64,000 bases of DNA from a virus. Where the stretch lies: positions 2,293 to 66,292 of the IMG/VR virus record IMGVR_UViG_3300029438_000229; one strand, 5' to 3'. The stretch's first letter is position 1. The number at the start of each line of letters is the position of its first letter. Below the pieces are notes generated by a model. It had not been told where the DNA came from and did not search any database. It was given only the letters and a program-made list of their open reading frames with translations. Below are positions 47,995-56,357 of this stretch, in pieces. The position numbers and the translations under genes were made by a program.

Positions 47995-49872
47995 ATGTTC
48001 TCTGTCAAGCTGAACGCCCCTGTCCTGCTTCGCAAGCAGCTGCCGGTGATTGCCAAGGCATTGCATGTTGATGAGAAGGTCCTTGACGATTTTCTATCCG
48101 TTTCGGCTTTCTATGGCGTTAAAGATGGCAAAGGAACAATTGTCCCTATAAAGAAAACGGATACCGTTGTCCATATCGATTATAAGGCATATGATAGCTA
48201 CTATTTTGTTGTCGAAGCTATCCTGCAATACGCTAAAGACATCGATGCCTCTGTTACTCTACCTGTCATCACTGAAATCGAACTCGGTACAGATGTTTTC
48301 AAAAAGATGGCTCCTGACCAGCTTTCAGATATTGTATATCTGGCAAAACTGCTCCGCGACAGCAACGGCCGCATTCCAAGGCTAAAAGAGTTGAATGCGC
48401 CGTACATTCTTGTTGCCAGCGAGTGCGCACACCTGTGCAAAAAGGTGGAGTGCCTTGAAGACAACGCACACATGCCGTCCCCCTCCAAAGACTTAGACGG
48501 ACATGTATATGCTTCCTTGCATGATATCGGTTATTCGATTCTTGACGGCTGGCTGAACAAGGATGACAGTTCCGAGTATAATGATAAGGAGAATGCGGGA
48601 TATGACCCCGATAAGCTGGCGGCGCTCGTCAAGAAAGCCATCGGTACGCGGACACAGGAGCAGTTTTCCCAGACATCGCATCTCGGCCGCGTATATGTGA
48701 ACCGTCTTGCGAACGGCAAAACACAGTCTCAGCCTACCGAGGTTACCTTGAAGAAAATCGCCAAGGCAACGGATGCCGTGACAGAAAACGAGCTTCGTCA
48801 GGCATGCGGTTATGAGCCGCTTCCGGGTGAGGATGTCGTGGAGTCTAAGAAACGCATCGAAACCGTGGACGACTACACATGGATTCACGAGAACGTCAAT
48901 TATTTCCTTGAATTCTTGAAAGCGCAGATTCCGATGGCGTTGCCGCTGTATAATCTCGTCATCCTCGAGAATCAGTACATGAGCATCCACAAGGACGGCT
49001 ATGACCTTTTCGGTATTCATCGCTGCTCGGCTCCCGTCGAGTATTCTGAGGACGGTATTGTTGCGAATGTCATTTACCCCGTTACTTTCGATTTGACAAA
49101 TTTTCAGCGTGGCATCCGCCTTTCTGTGGCCGTCGGGCTCTTGGGTCATTACAGCAAAAACAATGAGCTGTACATTACCGACTACATCACCGATGTCGAT
49201 GCACTGTACAAGTATGCACCCTTCTTGCGCAAGGCTATCGACAAAGTAGGAGAGAATTTCAGGGAAAGCGGTGTAGATATTCAAGACTTCCCTGTTTTTT
49301 ACTATACTATAAACCTGAAGAAGGCATTTACAGCAAAGCATGTCTTTGCGAAAATGGAGAAGTTCCTGACCAGTCTTGTGAAAGTTCGTGTGGATGCACT
49401 CGGATTCTATGCTGACAACCTGAGCGACGAGACCTTCATCAAGTTCCTTAAAAACCATAAGAAGGTCATGACGAACGAGTACGCCGACAACGAAATCAAG
49501 GATTTCTACGAGAATGTTGTTGTACGGCATGGCGACATCGAGGACTTCTTTGCGGAGAACTCGGACTATAACAGTAAAGCCGCTATCGTCGCCTATGTCA
49601 TCCAGAATGAGGCTTCGGACGATACCCCCCGCCGTCTGGTAGACGGATTCACCTTTGACGATGACGACAAGGAAGATAGACCCTGTGTTGCCGCCTCGAA
49701 GCGGAAAATCGAAGCATGGCAGAAAGAGCATCCCGGTAATGGCTTTAACCTGAAAGTGTTCTCTGACACTCTGAAAAAGTATGCCGATGAGTTGGGCTTA
49801 GAGTTCGGTGACGTATACTACTATCTGGTTGTCGAGGATGACAAGGCTGACGAGATGGGCGTTCGCGTCTAA
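47995..49872 (+). CDS. large HTH-containing protein (only plus-strand gene)
   Basis: 625 aa; GAAAGGAG SD. Central XRE-like segment IGTRTQEQFSQTSHLGRVYVNRLANGK. Has its own TTGCAA-17-TATAAT promoter. Confidence 0.7.
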   Translation: MFSVKLNAPVLLRKQLPVIAKALHVDEKVLDDFLSVSAFYGVKDGKGTIVPIKKTDTVVHIDYKAYDSYYFVVEAILQYAKDIDASVTLPVITEIELGTDVFKKMAPDQLSDIVYLAKLLRDSNGRIPRLKELNAPYILVASECAHLCKKVECLEDNAHMPSPSKDLDGHVYASLHDIGYSILDGWLNKDDSSEYNDKENAGYDPDKLAALVKKAIGTRTQEQFSQTSHLGRVYVNRLANGKTQSQPTEVTLKKIAKATDAVTENELRQACGYEPLPGEDVVESKKRIETVDDYTWIHENVNYFLEFLKAQIPMALPLYNLVILENQYMSIHKDGYDLFGIHRCSAPVEYSEDGIVANVIYPVTFDLTNFQRGIRLSVAVGLLGHYSKNNELYITDYITDVDALYKYAPFLRKAIDKVGENFRESGVDIQDFPVFYYTINLKKAFTAKHVFAKMEKFLTSLVKVRVDALGFYADNLSDETFIKFLKNHKKVMTNEYADNEIKDFYENVVVRHGDIEDFFAENSDYNSKAAIVAYVIQNEASDDTPRRLVDGFTFDDDDKEDRPCVAASKRKIEAWQKEHPGNGFNLKVFSDTLKKYADELGLEFGDVYYYLVVEDDKADEMGVRV

Positions 49873-49911
49873 TACTTAACCTATAGCCTCTGACTATCCC
49901 AGACAAAAAAT

Positions 49912-49952
49912 AATGCTGCTACCCGTTAGCTGGGCGGCAGCATTTTTGTTTT
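49912..49952. terminator. bidirectional terminator at the convergence point
   Basis: ATGCTGC..GCAGCAT stem with TTTTTGTTTT on the plus strand and an A-run upstream. Confidence 0.65.
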
Positions 49953-50113
49953 CCGTTCTGAACATGCATTATCCCGCACTGGCATCCGCACCGGGGGCCT
50001 TTCTGCTGGGGTTCCGGTGAGTACCCTGCTTGCTGGCGGCAGGCGGCAAGTAGTGCCGGTGCTCTGTGGGCCCTGCGAAAATTCGGGCAAAAAGAAAACG
50101 AGAACTGCGCCAT
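49919..50113 (-). CDS. possible 64-aa Cys/Arg-rich peptide, or non-coding RNA
   Basis: GAGGA SD 8 nt upstream. The ORF fills a short GC-rich unit between promoter 50158-50186 and terminator 49912-49952. Confidence 0.35.
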   Translation of the reverse strand: MAQFSFSFCPNFRRAHRAPALLAACRQQAGYSPEPQQKGPRCGCQCGIMHVQNGKQKCCRPANG

Positions 50114-50157
50114 TAGCGGAGTCCTCGCAAAAGATAATTCTTTTTGATTACAGGGTT

Positions 50158-50186
50158 AGTATACCTCGAGCCGCACGGATGTGCAA
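50158..50186 (-). promoter_or_regulatory. phage-type promoter overlapping the 3' end of the Myb-repeat gene
   Basis: TTGCAC-17-TATACT with GTGCGGCT in the spacer. Confidence 0.5.
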
Positions 50187-50190
50187 GAGG

Positions 50191-50943
50191 TCATTTGCGA
50201 TTCTTTTGGGCAGGTTTCTGGCATCCTAAGCGCATCGCCTTGCAGTAAATAGCAGTGCCTGTTCGGTTCAGGGTTTTCTGCAGGGATTCGCTCGCACCTT
50301 CCACGGGAAAGCGTTCCCGGAGCACCTTTTCCTCATCAGCCGTCCAGGTCGAGCGTTTCTGGCACACAAGGCCCATGATGCTCGTATGGTTCAAGACAGA
50401 AGCGCGGCTGCGGTTGAGGTCTTTCAAAAGAGCCTCGCTTGCACCTTCCCAAGGATATCTCTCAATGAGAATATCCTCCTCTTCCTCGGTCCACCGGTGT
50501 TTATTTTCGCATCGGAGCCCCAATACGTTAGCCTTGATACCGATAAGATAGGCACTGCGCTGAAACAGTTGCACCAGTTCCTGGCTTGCTCCCTCTTTCG
50601 GGTATCGTTCAGCCAGAATCTTCAACTCCTCCTCGGTCCAATAATGCCGAGTGCCTTTTATGCCGAGCAGACGAGCCTTTCTGTTAATGGTCGCGGCGCT
50701 TCTGCAGAGCAGTTTCTGGAGGTCTTTGCTGGCACCCTCGTTCGGATACCGCTCTCTCAGAATCTCGATGTCCTCGTCAGTGAATCTCTTTCGTTTCACA
50801 TTGCGAAGCCCAACTTGCTGGGCCTTGAAACGAATCGCTTGCTTTGTGCGACCTAAAGTCTTTACGAGCGAATCACTTGCGCCCTCCTTCGGATACCGCT
50901 GATTTAAAATCGTTAATTCTTCTGCTGTCCATGGTTTTTCCAT
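50191..50943 (-). CDS. five-repeat SANT/Myb-like DNA-binding protein
   Basis: 250 aa made of five tandem repeats of about 47 aa: WTxEE..IL.ERYP.EGAS...L.RS...I..KA..LGL. Confidence 0.7.
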   Translation of the reverse strand: MEKPWTAEELTILNQRYPKEGASDSLVKTLGRTKQAIRFKAQQVGLRNVKRKRFTDEDIEILRERYPNEGASKDLQKLLCRSAATINRKARLLGIKGTRHYWTEEELKILAERYPKEGASQELVQLFQRSAYLIGIKANVLGLRCENKHRWTEEEEDILIERYPWEGASEALLKDLNRSRASVLNHTSIMGLVCQKRSTWTADEEKVLRERFPVEGASESLQKTLNRTGTAIYCKAMRLGCQKPAQKNRK

Positions 50944-50972
50944 GATTTTACACCTCTTTCGTTCGTTGGCAA

Positions 50973-51104
50973 CAAAAAAAGAGCAGACGCACCACTGGGG
51001 TGAATCTGCTCTTCTTCGTCAGAATGTGAATTGTACGGAAGTCGTTTATTATGCTGCTATCTATCGTACAATTATAAGTGTATGCTATTCGCACAGCCTG
51101 GCAA
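50973..51104 (-). promoter_or_regulatory. leader cassette copy 9
   Basis: TTGCCA-16-TACACT with GTGCGAAT. AATTGTACGATAGATAGC...CCGTACAATTCACA. Hairpin 51012-50980 plus TTTTTTT. Confidence 0.65.
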
Positions 51105-51134
51105 GAGGAAACTGTGCTCAGAACGAAAATGGCG
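51097..51134. repeat. 38-bp direct repeat, copy 1
   Basis: CCTGGCAAGAGGAAACTGTGCTCAGAACGAAAATGGCG. Overlaps the -35 of cassette copy 9. Confidence 0.6.
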
Positions 51135-51413
51135 CTGGCTGCGCTGCATCATTTAGTTGTCGTATATCGGTATGCCGATATAGTGCGGGCGTGCCCATTT
51201 TTTTGAGCGTGGCGAAGAAAACTCTCAGTATTGTGTACGAGTTGCAACTCCTACCAGTTTTGTGTCCTTGCACATTTTCCCAACGAGTTTTTGCTGAAAT
51301 CCGCACTTTTTCCAGCGAGTTTTCGGTTGTATTCCATGTTTTTCTGTGGATGAGCCTATTGAGAGAAATTTTCTGCACCACTTTTTTAAAAAATCGCATG
51401 TCGTTGACACAAC

Positions 51414-51451
51414 CCAGGCAAGGGCAAACTGTGTTCAGAACGAAAATAGCG
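51414..51451. repeat. 38-bp direct repeat, copy 2
   Basis: CCAGGCAAGGGCAAACTGTGTTCAGAACGAAAATAGCG, 317 bp from copy 1. Confidence 0.6.
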
Positions 51452-51616
51452 AGACCCACGCTTTGTGCGCATCTTGTGTATGGATTGCAACAAGCCGATG
51501 CAACCCCAATAATAGCAAGCTCCGGGAGCAATACAGCCCCCGGAGCTTATTTGATGTCACCTTTTAAAAAAGATTATTTAGATTGTGCGGCAGACACCTT
51601 GAACAAAACCAGCCTG

Positions 51617-51678
51617 TCGGAACAATGCATCGGAACAATGTCGATTTGGTTTTGATATTGTTCCGCATATCGTTCCGA
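51617..51678. repeat. iteron-like cluster: two direct plus two inverted CGGAACAAT-type sites
   Basis: CGGAACAATG at 51618 and 51631. ATTGTTCCG at 51657 and CGTTCCG at 51671, around a T-rich centre. Confidence 0.55.
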
Positions 51679-51694
51679 GCCTATCCCCCACAAA

Positions 51695-51733
51695 CAAAAA
51701 AGCCCTGCACACACCAAAGCAGCATGTGCAGGG
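51695..51733 (-). terminator. intrinsic terminator
   Basis: CCCTGCACA..TGTGCAGGG stem plus CTTTTTTGTTTG. Confidence 0.7.
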
Positions 51734-51741
51734 TCATTCTT

Positions 51742-52374
51742 TTATCCGAGAGGCCTCTCCAACACTTCAAGGATGTAGGTGAAGAAATAGAACGCGAGGT
51801 TTCCGATTTTATCGGAGTCGTGCTCGACATTTGCCATGATACGGCTCAAAGACCCGTTTTTCAGGGACTTCATGGCAGCATAGACGAGCAGATAGATGTT
51901 TACATAGGTCATCTGCTCCTTGGGCTTGTAGCCCTCGAACGCTTTCAGCTGGCACTCTCTGGAAATCTTCTGAGCCAGCGAATACCAGCTGCGCAGATAA
52001 AACTGTCCTCCCTCTTGGTTCATCTCCTGCTGTACTCGGACCTGATATTTCGGATAGTTGTTGTTGACGACCTCGGCGAACTCCGTATCCTTGAACTTAT
52101 TCTGGTGATAATACAGCCACAGAGTCGAGTTTGCCAAGTCCATGCATGCTGCAGCCAGAAGCTGCGCCTTGTCATCTTCCAGCGGCACAGTATGCGTCAC
52201 AGACTCCTCTAAAGGCTTGCCGTTGAACAAGTCTACATGCTTATAGGAATCCTTGTCAGCCTTAACTGTTGTATCGATGAATTCCTTAAAATCCTCGACC
52301 AGTGCCACATACGCCTGATACTGAATATCTTCAGTAGAATCCTGAGTATCTTCAACGAAATTTTGCTCGTTCAT
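51742..52374 (-). CDS. hypothetical protein
   Basis: 210 aa; GAAAGGAAAG SD. Confidence 0.6.
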   Translation of the reverse strand: MNEQNFVEDTQDSTEDIQYQAYVALVEDFKEFIDTTVKADKDSYKHVDLFNGKPLEESVTHTVPLEDDKAQLLAAACMDLANSTLWLYYHQNKFKDTEFAEVVNNNYPKYQVRVQQEMNQEGGQFYLRSWYSLAQKISRECQLKAFEGYKPKEQMTYVNIYLLVYAAMKSLKNGSLSRIMANVEHDSDKIGNLAFYFFTYILEVLERPLG

Positions 52375-52436
52375 AGTCTTTCCTTTCTCTGTTCGGCAGT
52401 CGTTTTCAGCGGTAATATCGCTTGCCTGTATACTTC

Positions 52437-52464
52437 ATAGTACGCAATTCGCACGAATGGGCAA
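52437..52464 (-). promoter_or_regulatory. phage-type promoter
   Basis: TTGCCC-ATTC-GTGCGAAT-TGCG-TACTAT. Confidence 0.55.
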
Positions 52465-52477
52465 CAATTTTTGCGAA

Positions 52478-52509
52478 ATAAAAAGGCAGGCTCCGGAAAG
52501 AACCTGCCT
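52478..52509 (-). terminator. intrinsic terminator after PLD/SF3 gene
   Basis: AGGCAGG..CCTGCCT stem plus TTTTTATTT. Confidence 0.65.
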
Positions 52510-52515
52510 ATCGCA

Positions 52516-54681
52516 TTAAAGATTAAAGATGCCCAGCCAGCGCCGAAACTTGATGCCGAACAATTCCTGTGCCTGCTCGTAGTTCATGATAAGCTGGTTG
52601 CCGCCAGAAATCTCTGCTTCGAGGGAGTTCGGCAGCTCGTCTGCAATGTATTTCAGTTCGTACCAGGGTCCATCCTGCGGGTAGGTATAAATGAGCCGGT
52701 TCTGCTTCTTATCCACCCGGAACTTGCTCGGGTCTGCCTGCCATGCCAGTTCGATTTTCTCAATCGCAGCACGGCCAATGCTCTCATCACCCATGTAGTC
52801 GTTGTAATACAGGATGCGCACATAGTCCGGCAAATCGATTCCGCAAGCCTCGAAGATATCTGCAATGACACTGGACGAAGCGTGGAAGATATCCGGGAAG
52901 TATTCCTTGCCATTCGCATTTTCACGCATTTCCGTCGTCATCTCATCGATGCTAACAAGCATTCGGCGGACATACTCCCCATAGAACGCGGTAGTCAGCT
53001 CCGACATACTCTCATTCACACGCTTCGAGTTCTTGGCACCGCGCTCGTTGTCGATTTTAGCACCGATTCGACAGATGATAGCGCGTTTCGAGAGGTCTTT
53101 CGTCAACGAAGTGATTTTATTGGATGTGATAGATACAGCAGGATAGTTCACGAGCCTATCAGAGATTCCCCATTCATCGTTCTTGATTACCCGTTCTGAA
53201 TGGTTCTGGAACTGGGTCTTGGCGAGGTCGTCGATGTTCAGCGGCAGTCCCTCACATACTCGTTTGAGGCCATCGATTCTTGTGGCTGTAAAATCCTCCG
53301 TTGTGTTCATCTTGACGGTCTCGCCGCACATGAGTTTGACAAGAAATTTTATAAAGGTCGTCTTGCCGCCGTTTGAGTCGCCGTATATAACGCCATACAT
53401 CGGGAACAGTTTGGTGTCGTAATTGTTCCTTGATGCAAAATACCGTAGATACGCCATGAACGGAGTAGCCAGATACCAGGTCATGTACTTAAAGTAGTCT
53501 TTCTTAGCCTGCTCGACATCGCCGTAAAAGTAGTCCATGCCTGAGAAGAACTTCTGGATGCTCTTGATGTTCTTTGCCACCTCGCTGAGATTCGGATTGA
53601 GGTCGATATTCTCGTCGTTGAAGGTCATGGTCCCTGCATCATAGTCGATATGCAGTTTCGGAAGCTGCTTAACAGCCTCAGCTGCTACACGCCGAACCTC
53701 GGTATATCGTTTCGTAAAAACACGCATCGGTTCCGCTGCCACCACAATACGATTCGCCTGTACCGGCATCTTAGGCATAATCGGCTTGACGAGCTCCTGC
53801 ATCTTCTTGACATCGGCGACTATTTCGTATTCTACCTCGTCCTCAGGTTGCGCCTGTTCCAAAAAGATAAGCTTCTGCTTTTCAATGGATTGGAAGACGG
53901 GCACTTCTTTGATGTTCTCTTTCAGATAATCTTCCTGATTCATGGTGTTCACGACTGCCTTATACGAAACGTTGTCGGAGCAGGTCTCCTTGAAGGTCTC
54001 GAACAGAGCCTTATAATGCGAAAATGCCGCCTCGTCATCGAAGCAAACGATATTCTCTCGCTGGATGCCGCAAAACGCCGATGCCGACATATTCGCACTG
54101 CCAGTGATGACTCGGACCCGCTTACGGTCAGCGCTCTCCAAGATGAAGATTTTCTCGTGCGATTTCGTGTCCCGCGATACATACAGTTGTAAGGACCCGT
54201 CATCGAGGCGGTTCGCAAGGATTCCTGCCGACTTAGACTTAGCGAGCTGCTGCACGCTGTCGATTTGCACCGACATGATGGCAGCGATGTCGGTGGCGAT
54301 GATTTTCTCGCATCCGAACACGACTTCCGCATACGAGAACTTGTTGATGACCTTATTCACGAACTCGATTCCGGACGAAAAAGTGATAGCATAGAGTCTG
54401 TCGAACCCGTCAAACAACTCTTCCCAATTCGTTTCGACCGTATCGGCATATATCGCCTTCACAACACTCAGCGCCTGCGTGGAGATGCTCGCCTTTGCCT
54501 TCGTGGTATTGTTCGCCACGAGTTTGAATGGTTTATCCGTCTGCCCTTCACTGTCCCCTGTATCTTCACCGGGGTCCAAGAGTTCTTCCGGGCCTTCTTC
54601 GGTATATTCGGGGCTTTCCGATGCCATCATGTCCATGAGCGACATCTGATTTTCCAAGTCGTTTGCTTTCCTTCGTGCCAT
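52516..54681 (-). CDS. PLD-family nuclease-like domain fused to SF3-type (D5/P4-like) helicase
   Basis: 721 aa. SHEKIF...ITGSANMSASAF is the HxK...GSxN PLD motif. Walker A GDSNGGKTT, Walker B LNIDDL, motif C ITSN. Confidence 0.7.
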   Translation of the reverse strand: MARRKANDLENQMSLMDMMASESPEYTEEGPEELLDPGEDTGDSEGQTDKPFKLVANNTTKAKASISTQALSVVKAIYADTVETNWEELFDGFDRLYAITFSSGIEFVNKVINKFSYAEVVFGCEKIIATDIAAIMSVQIDSVQQLAKSKSAGILANRLDDGSLQLYVSRDTKSHEKIFILESADRKRVRVITGSANMSASAFCGIQRENIVCFDDEAAFSHYKALFETFKETCSDNVSYKAVVNTMNQEDYLKENIKEVPVFQSIEKQKLIFLEQAQPEDEVEYEIVADVKKMQELVKPIMPKMPVQANRIVVAAEPMRVFTKRYTEVRRVAAEAVKQLPKLHIDYDAGTMTFNDENIDLNPNLSEVAKNIKSIQKFFSGMDYFYGDVEQAKKDYFKYMTWYLATPFMAYLRYFASRNNYDTKLFPMYGVIYGDSNGGKTTFIKFLVKLMCGETVKMNTTEDFTATRIDGLKRVCEGLPLNIDDLAKTQFQNHSERVIKNDEWGISDRLVNYPAVSITSNKITSLTKDLSKRAIICRIGAKIDNERGAKNSKRVNESMSELTTAFYGEYVRRMLVSIDEMTTEMRENANGKEYFPDIFHASSSVIADIFEACGIDLPDYVRILYYNDYMGDESIGRAAIEKIELAWQADPSKFRVDKKQNRLIYTYPQDGPWYELKYIADELPNSLEAEISGGNQLIMNYEQAQELFGIKFRRWLGIFNL

Positions 54682-55022
54682 TTTGTGTCTATCCTTCCTA
54701 AACAGATTTGGGTCATTTCTTTTGGTCGGGTATATAAGCGAGCAGTTACGTTTTTAGCAACTAATCATTCATGTTTTTTTGCTTTTTCGGTTAAATCTGA
54801 TTTTAGGTATTCCTAGTTTCATTCTACCACTTTAGCTGTCCCATTGTTCGGACTTCAAACTACTCGGTGCAAGTTTTATCCGCCTCAGCCGGATTTTATT
54901 CGTCTTTTCTTGTATCCTCTTCGCGTTTCGTTTAATTTCGTGTTGTTCCGTGAATACCAAAAACAGCAGCCATATTTATTGCAAATACATCCTTGCATCG
55001 CTCTTTTTGTTCTCCAATTCCC

Positions 55023-55050
55023 ATTGTATGCAATTCGCACGGCTGTGCAA
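55023..55050 (-). promoter_or_regulatory. phage-type promoter far upstream of the PLD/SF3 helicase gene
   Basis: TTGCAC-AGCC-GTGCGAAT-TGCA-TACAAT. The leader is about 330 nt. Confidence 0.55.
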
Positions 55051-55056
55051 CTGCCC

Positions 55057-55106
55057 GTAGAATATCAAATTGCCGGAAATCATACCGCAGAATATCAAAC
55101 TGCTGG
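55057..55106 (-). repeat. two 20-bp direct repeats just upstream of the -35
   Basis: Plus strand: GTAGAATATCAAATTGCCGG (55057-55076) and GCAGAATATCAAACTGCTGG (55087-55106), 30 bp apart. Confidence 0.6.
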
Positions 55107-55144
55107 TAAAATCAGCTTGCTATTCCCTCAGATTTCTGTATTTA

Positions 55145-55181
55145 CAAAATATAAAGCCGTCCACCAGAAAAGGTGAACGGC
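55145..55181 (-). terminator. intrinsic terminator
   Basis: GCCGTTCACC..GGTGGACGGC stem plus TTTATATTTTG. Confidence 0.7.
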
Positions 55182-55198
55182 ATGTATTTTGTAGGGGG

Positions 55199-55408
55199 TT
55201 ATGCTTGAACTGCTTCTGCTTTCTTTCCGTTGTACAAGGCGGCGACCATATCGACCGCCTCATCCATCGAGCGACACTGGTAGCTGATGACAGTGCCGTT
55301 TCCGACCAACATGTTCCCGCTACGCCAGAATGCCTTGGAGTCTGTTGTGTAAATGATGCTGCTTTCCACGCGCAGTTCTACGCCGCTGTTCGTCATGACC
55401 GTTTCCAT
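55199..55408 (-). CDS. small protein, paralog family member 3
   Basis: 69 aa; GGGAGG SD. Shares SGV.L....D...W..G......Y...EA...V..LY.G with the two upstream genes. Confidence 0.55.
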   Translation of the reverse strand: METVMTNSGVELRVESSIIYTTDSKAFWRSGNMLVGNGTVISYQCRSMDEAVDMVAALYNGKKAEAVQA

Positions 55409-55419
55409 AGTGTACCTCC

Positions 55420-55611
55420 CTAAAACCTTCTACCGCCGTACAGCCCCACGACCGTACCCAGCGCTTCGTCTTTCGATTGGCAGTTGTAGCTGATGATTTT
55501 GCCGCTGCAGGTCAGCATCCTGCCGCAGAGGTTGTAGGTCTTGCCGTCCGATGCAATCAGGAGATTACCGCAGCAATTCACCGTCACGCCTGATTTCGTA
55601 TACACTACCAT
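55420..55611 (-). CDS. small protein, paralog family member 2
   Basis: Track ORF trimmed to ATG 55611 (63 aa). Confidence 0.5.
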   Translation of the reverse strand: MVVYTKSGVTVNCCGNLLIASDGKTYNLCGRMLTCSGKIISYNCQSKDEALGTVVGLYGGRRF

Positions 55612-55850
55612 GCTCTTACCGCCTTTATTGGTTTTGTTTGTCTTGCGCTGTTTCCCTTTAGCCCGCCGTACTTTGCCAAGACGAGGCACAGGGCGTCTCG
55701 AATAGTCTCGGCATGCCCATAGACATGCCCATCGTCACCAATGACTTTTGCCCCTTGCAGCCAGTAGGATGTATCGTCCGAGGCAAAGACCGTGTTGCCA
55801 TTGAGGACCAGCGTTACGCCTGATGCAGTTTCGATTTTTGCTATGCTCAT
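55605..55850 (-). CDS. small protein, paralog family member 1
   Basis: 81 aa; ATGA-coupled to the upstream micro-ORF. Confidence 0.55.
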   Translation of the reverse strand: MSIAKIETASGVTLVLNGNTVFASDDTSYWLQGAKVIGDDGHVYGHAETIRDALCLVLAKYGGLKGNSARQTKPIKAVRAW

Positions 55851-55984
55851 ATTCGTTCTGCCGCTTTCCTGTGCCGTTCTTCGATTTTGTACTGTTTGTC
55901 AGTAGTATTATTATTAACTGCGCGAGCATGTTCAATAGATTCAATGCAGGCTTTTTCTGCATCTTCTCGTGAATAAAGTGGCAT
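55847..55984 (-). CDS. hypothetical 45-aa protein
   Basis: GAAAGGAGG SD 7 nt before the ATG. Below the track cutoff. Confidence 0.5.
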   Translation of the reverse strand: MPLYSREDAEKACIESIEHARAVNNNTTDKQYKIEERHRKAAERI

Positions 55985-56012
55985 AGCTGTTTCCTCCTTT
56001 CAATTTGTTCTC

Positions 56013-56357
56013 TTATCTTCCGTGCGCTGCATACCAAGCATAGAAACCATCGTATTGTTCACATCCCGGTCTGCCTTCGCTTAGGCTTGACGGAGCCTGC
56101 AGATGGCTGTGTCGTCCCGCGTTTAAGCCGTTACCGTAGGCTTTTTTCACTGCTTCTTTGCGTTTTTCAGAAAATTCTCGCTCTTCTCGTTCGTTTTCTT
56201 GGAATGCTTCTGCAAACGCCTTGTACAAGTCGTAGGTCTCTTTGTCGGGGTTAAACGGTGCGGTTCTGTAGTATTCTGTTACGAACCACTTCTTACCGTC
56301 GATGCTAGTCAGATAAAATCTGGTATTTGGAATCGGAATACTTCCCATCATAGTCAT
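56013..56357 (-). CDS. hypothetical protein
   Basis: 114 aa; ATGA overlap with the upstream frame. Confidence 0.6.
   Translation of the reverse strand: MTMMGSIPIPNTRFYLTSIDGKKWFVTEYYRTAPFNPDKETYDLYKAFAEAFQENEREEREFSEKRKEAVKKAYGNGLNAGRHSHLQAPSSLSEGRPGCEQYDGFYAWYAAHGR

Noticed and set aside
48493-49731. 412-aa minus-strand ORF inside the plus-strand gene.
   Set aside because: This is a shadow of 47995..49872, which has a consensus promoter, an SD and a terminator. The minus ORF has none of these.
50942-51655. Plus-strand 237-aa ORF and minus-strand 137-aa ORF (51118..51531) in the gene-free interval.
   Set aside because: Neither has an SD. The products are low-complexity, both cross hairpins and repeats, and the plus ORF starts antisense within a real gene's start region.
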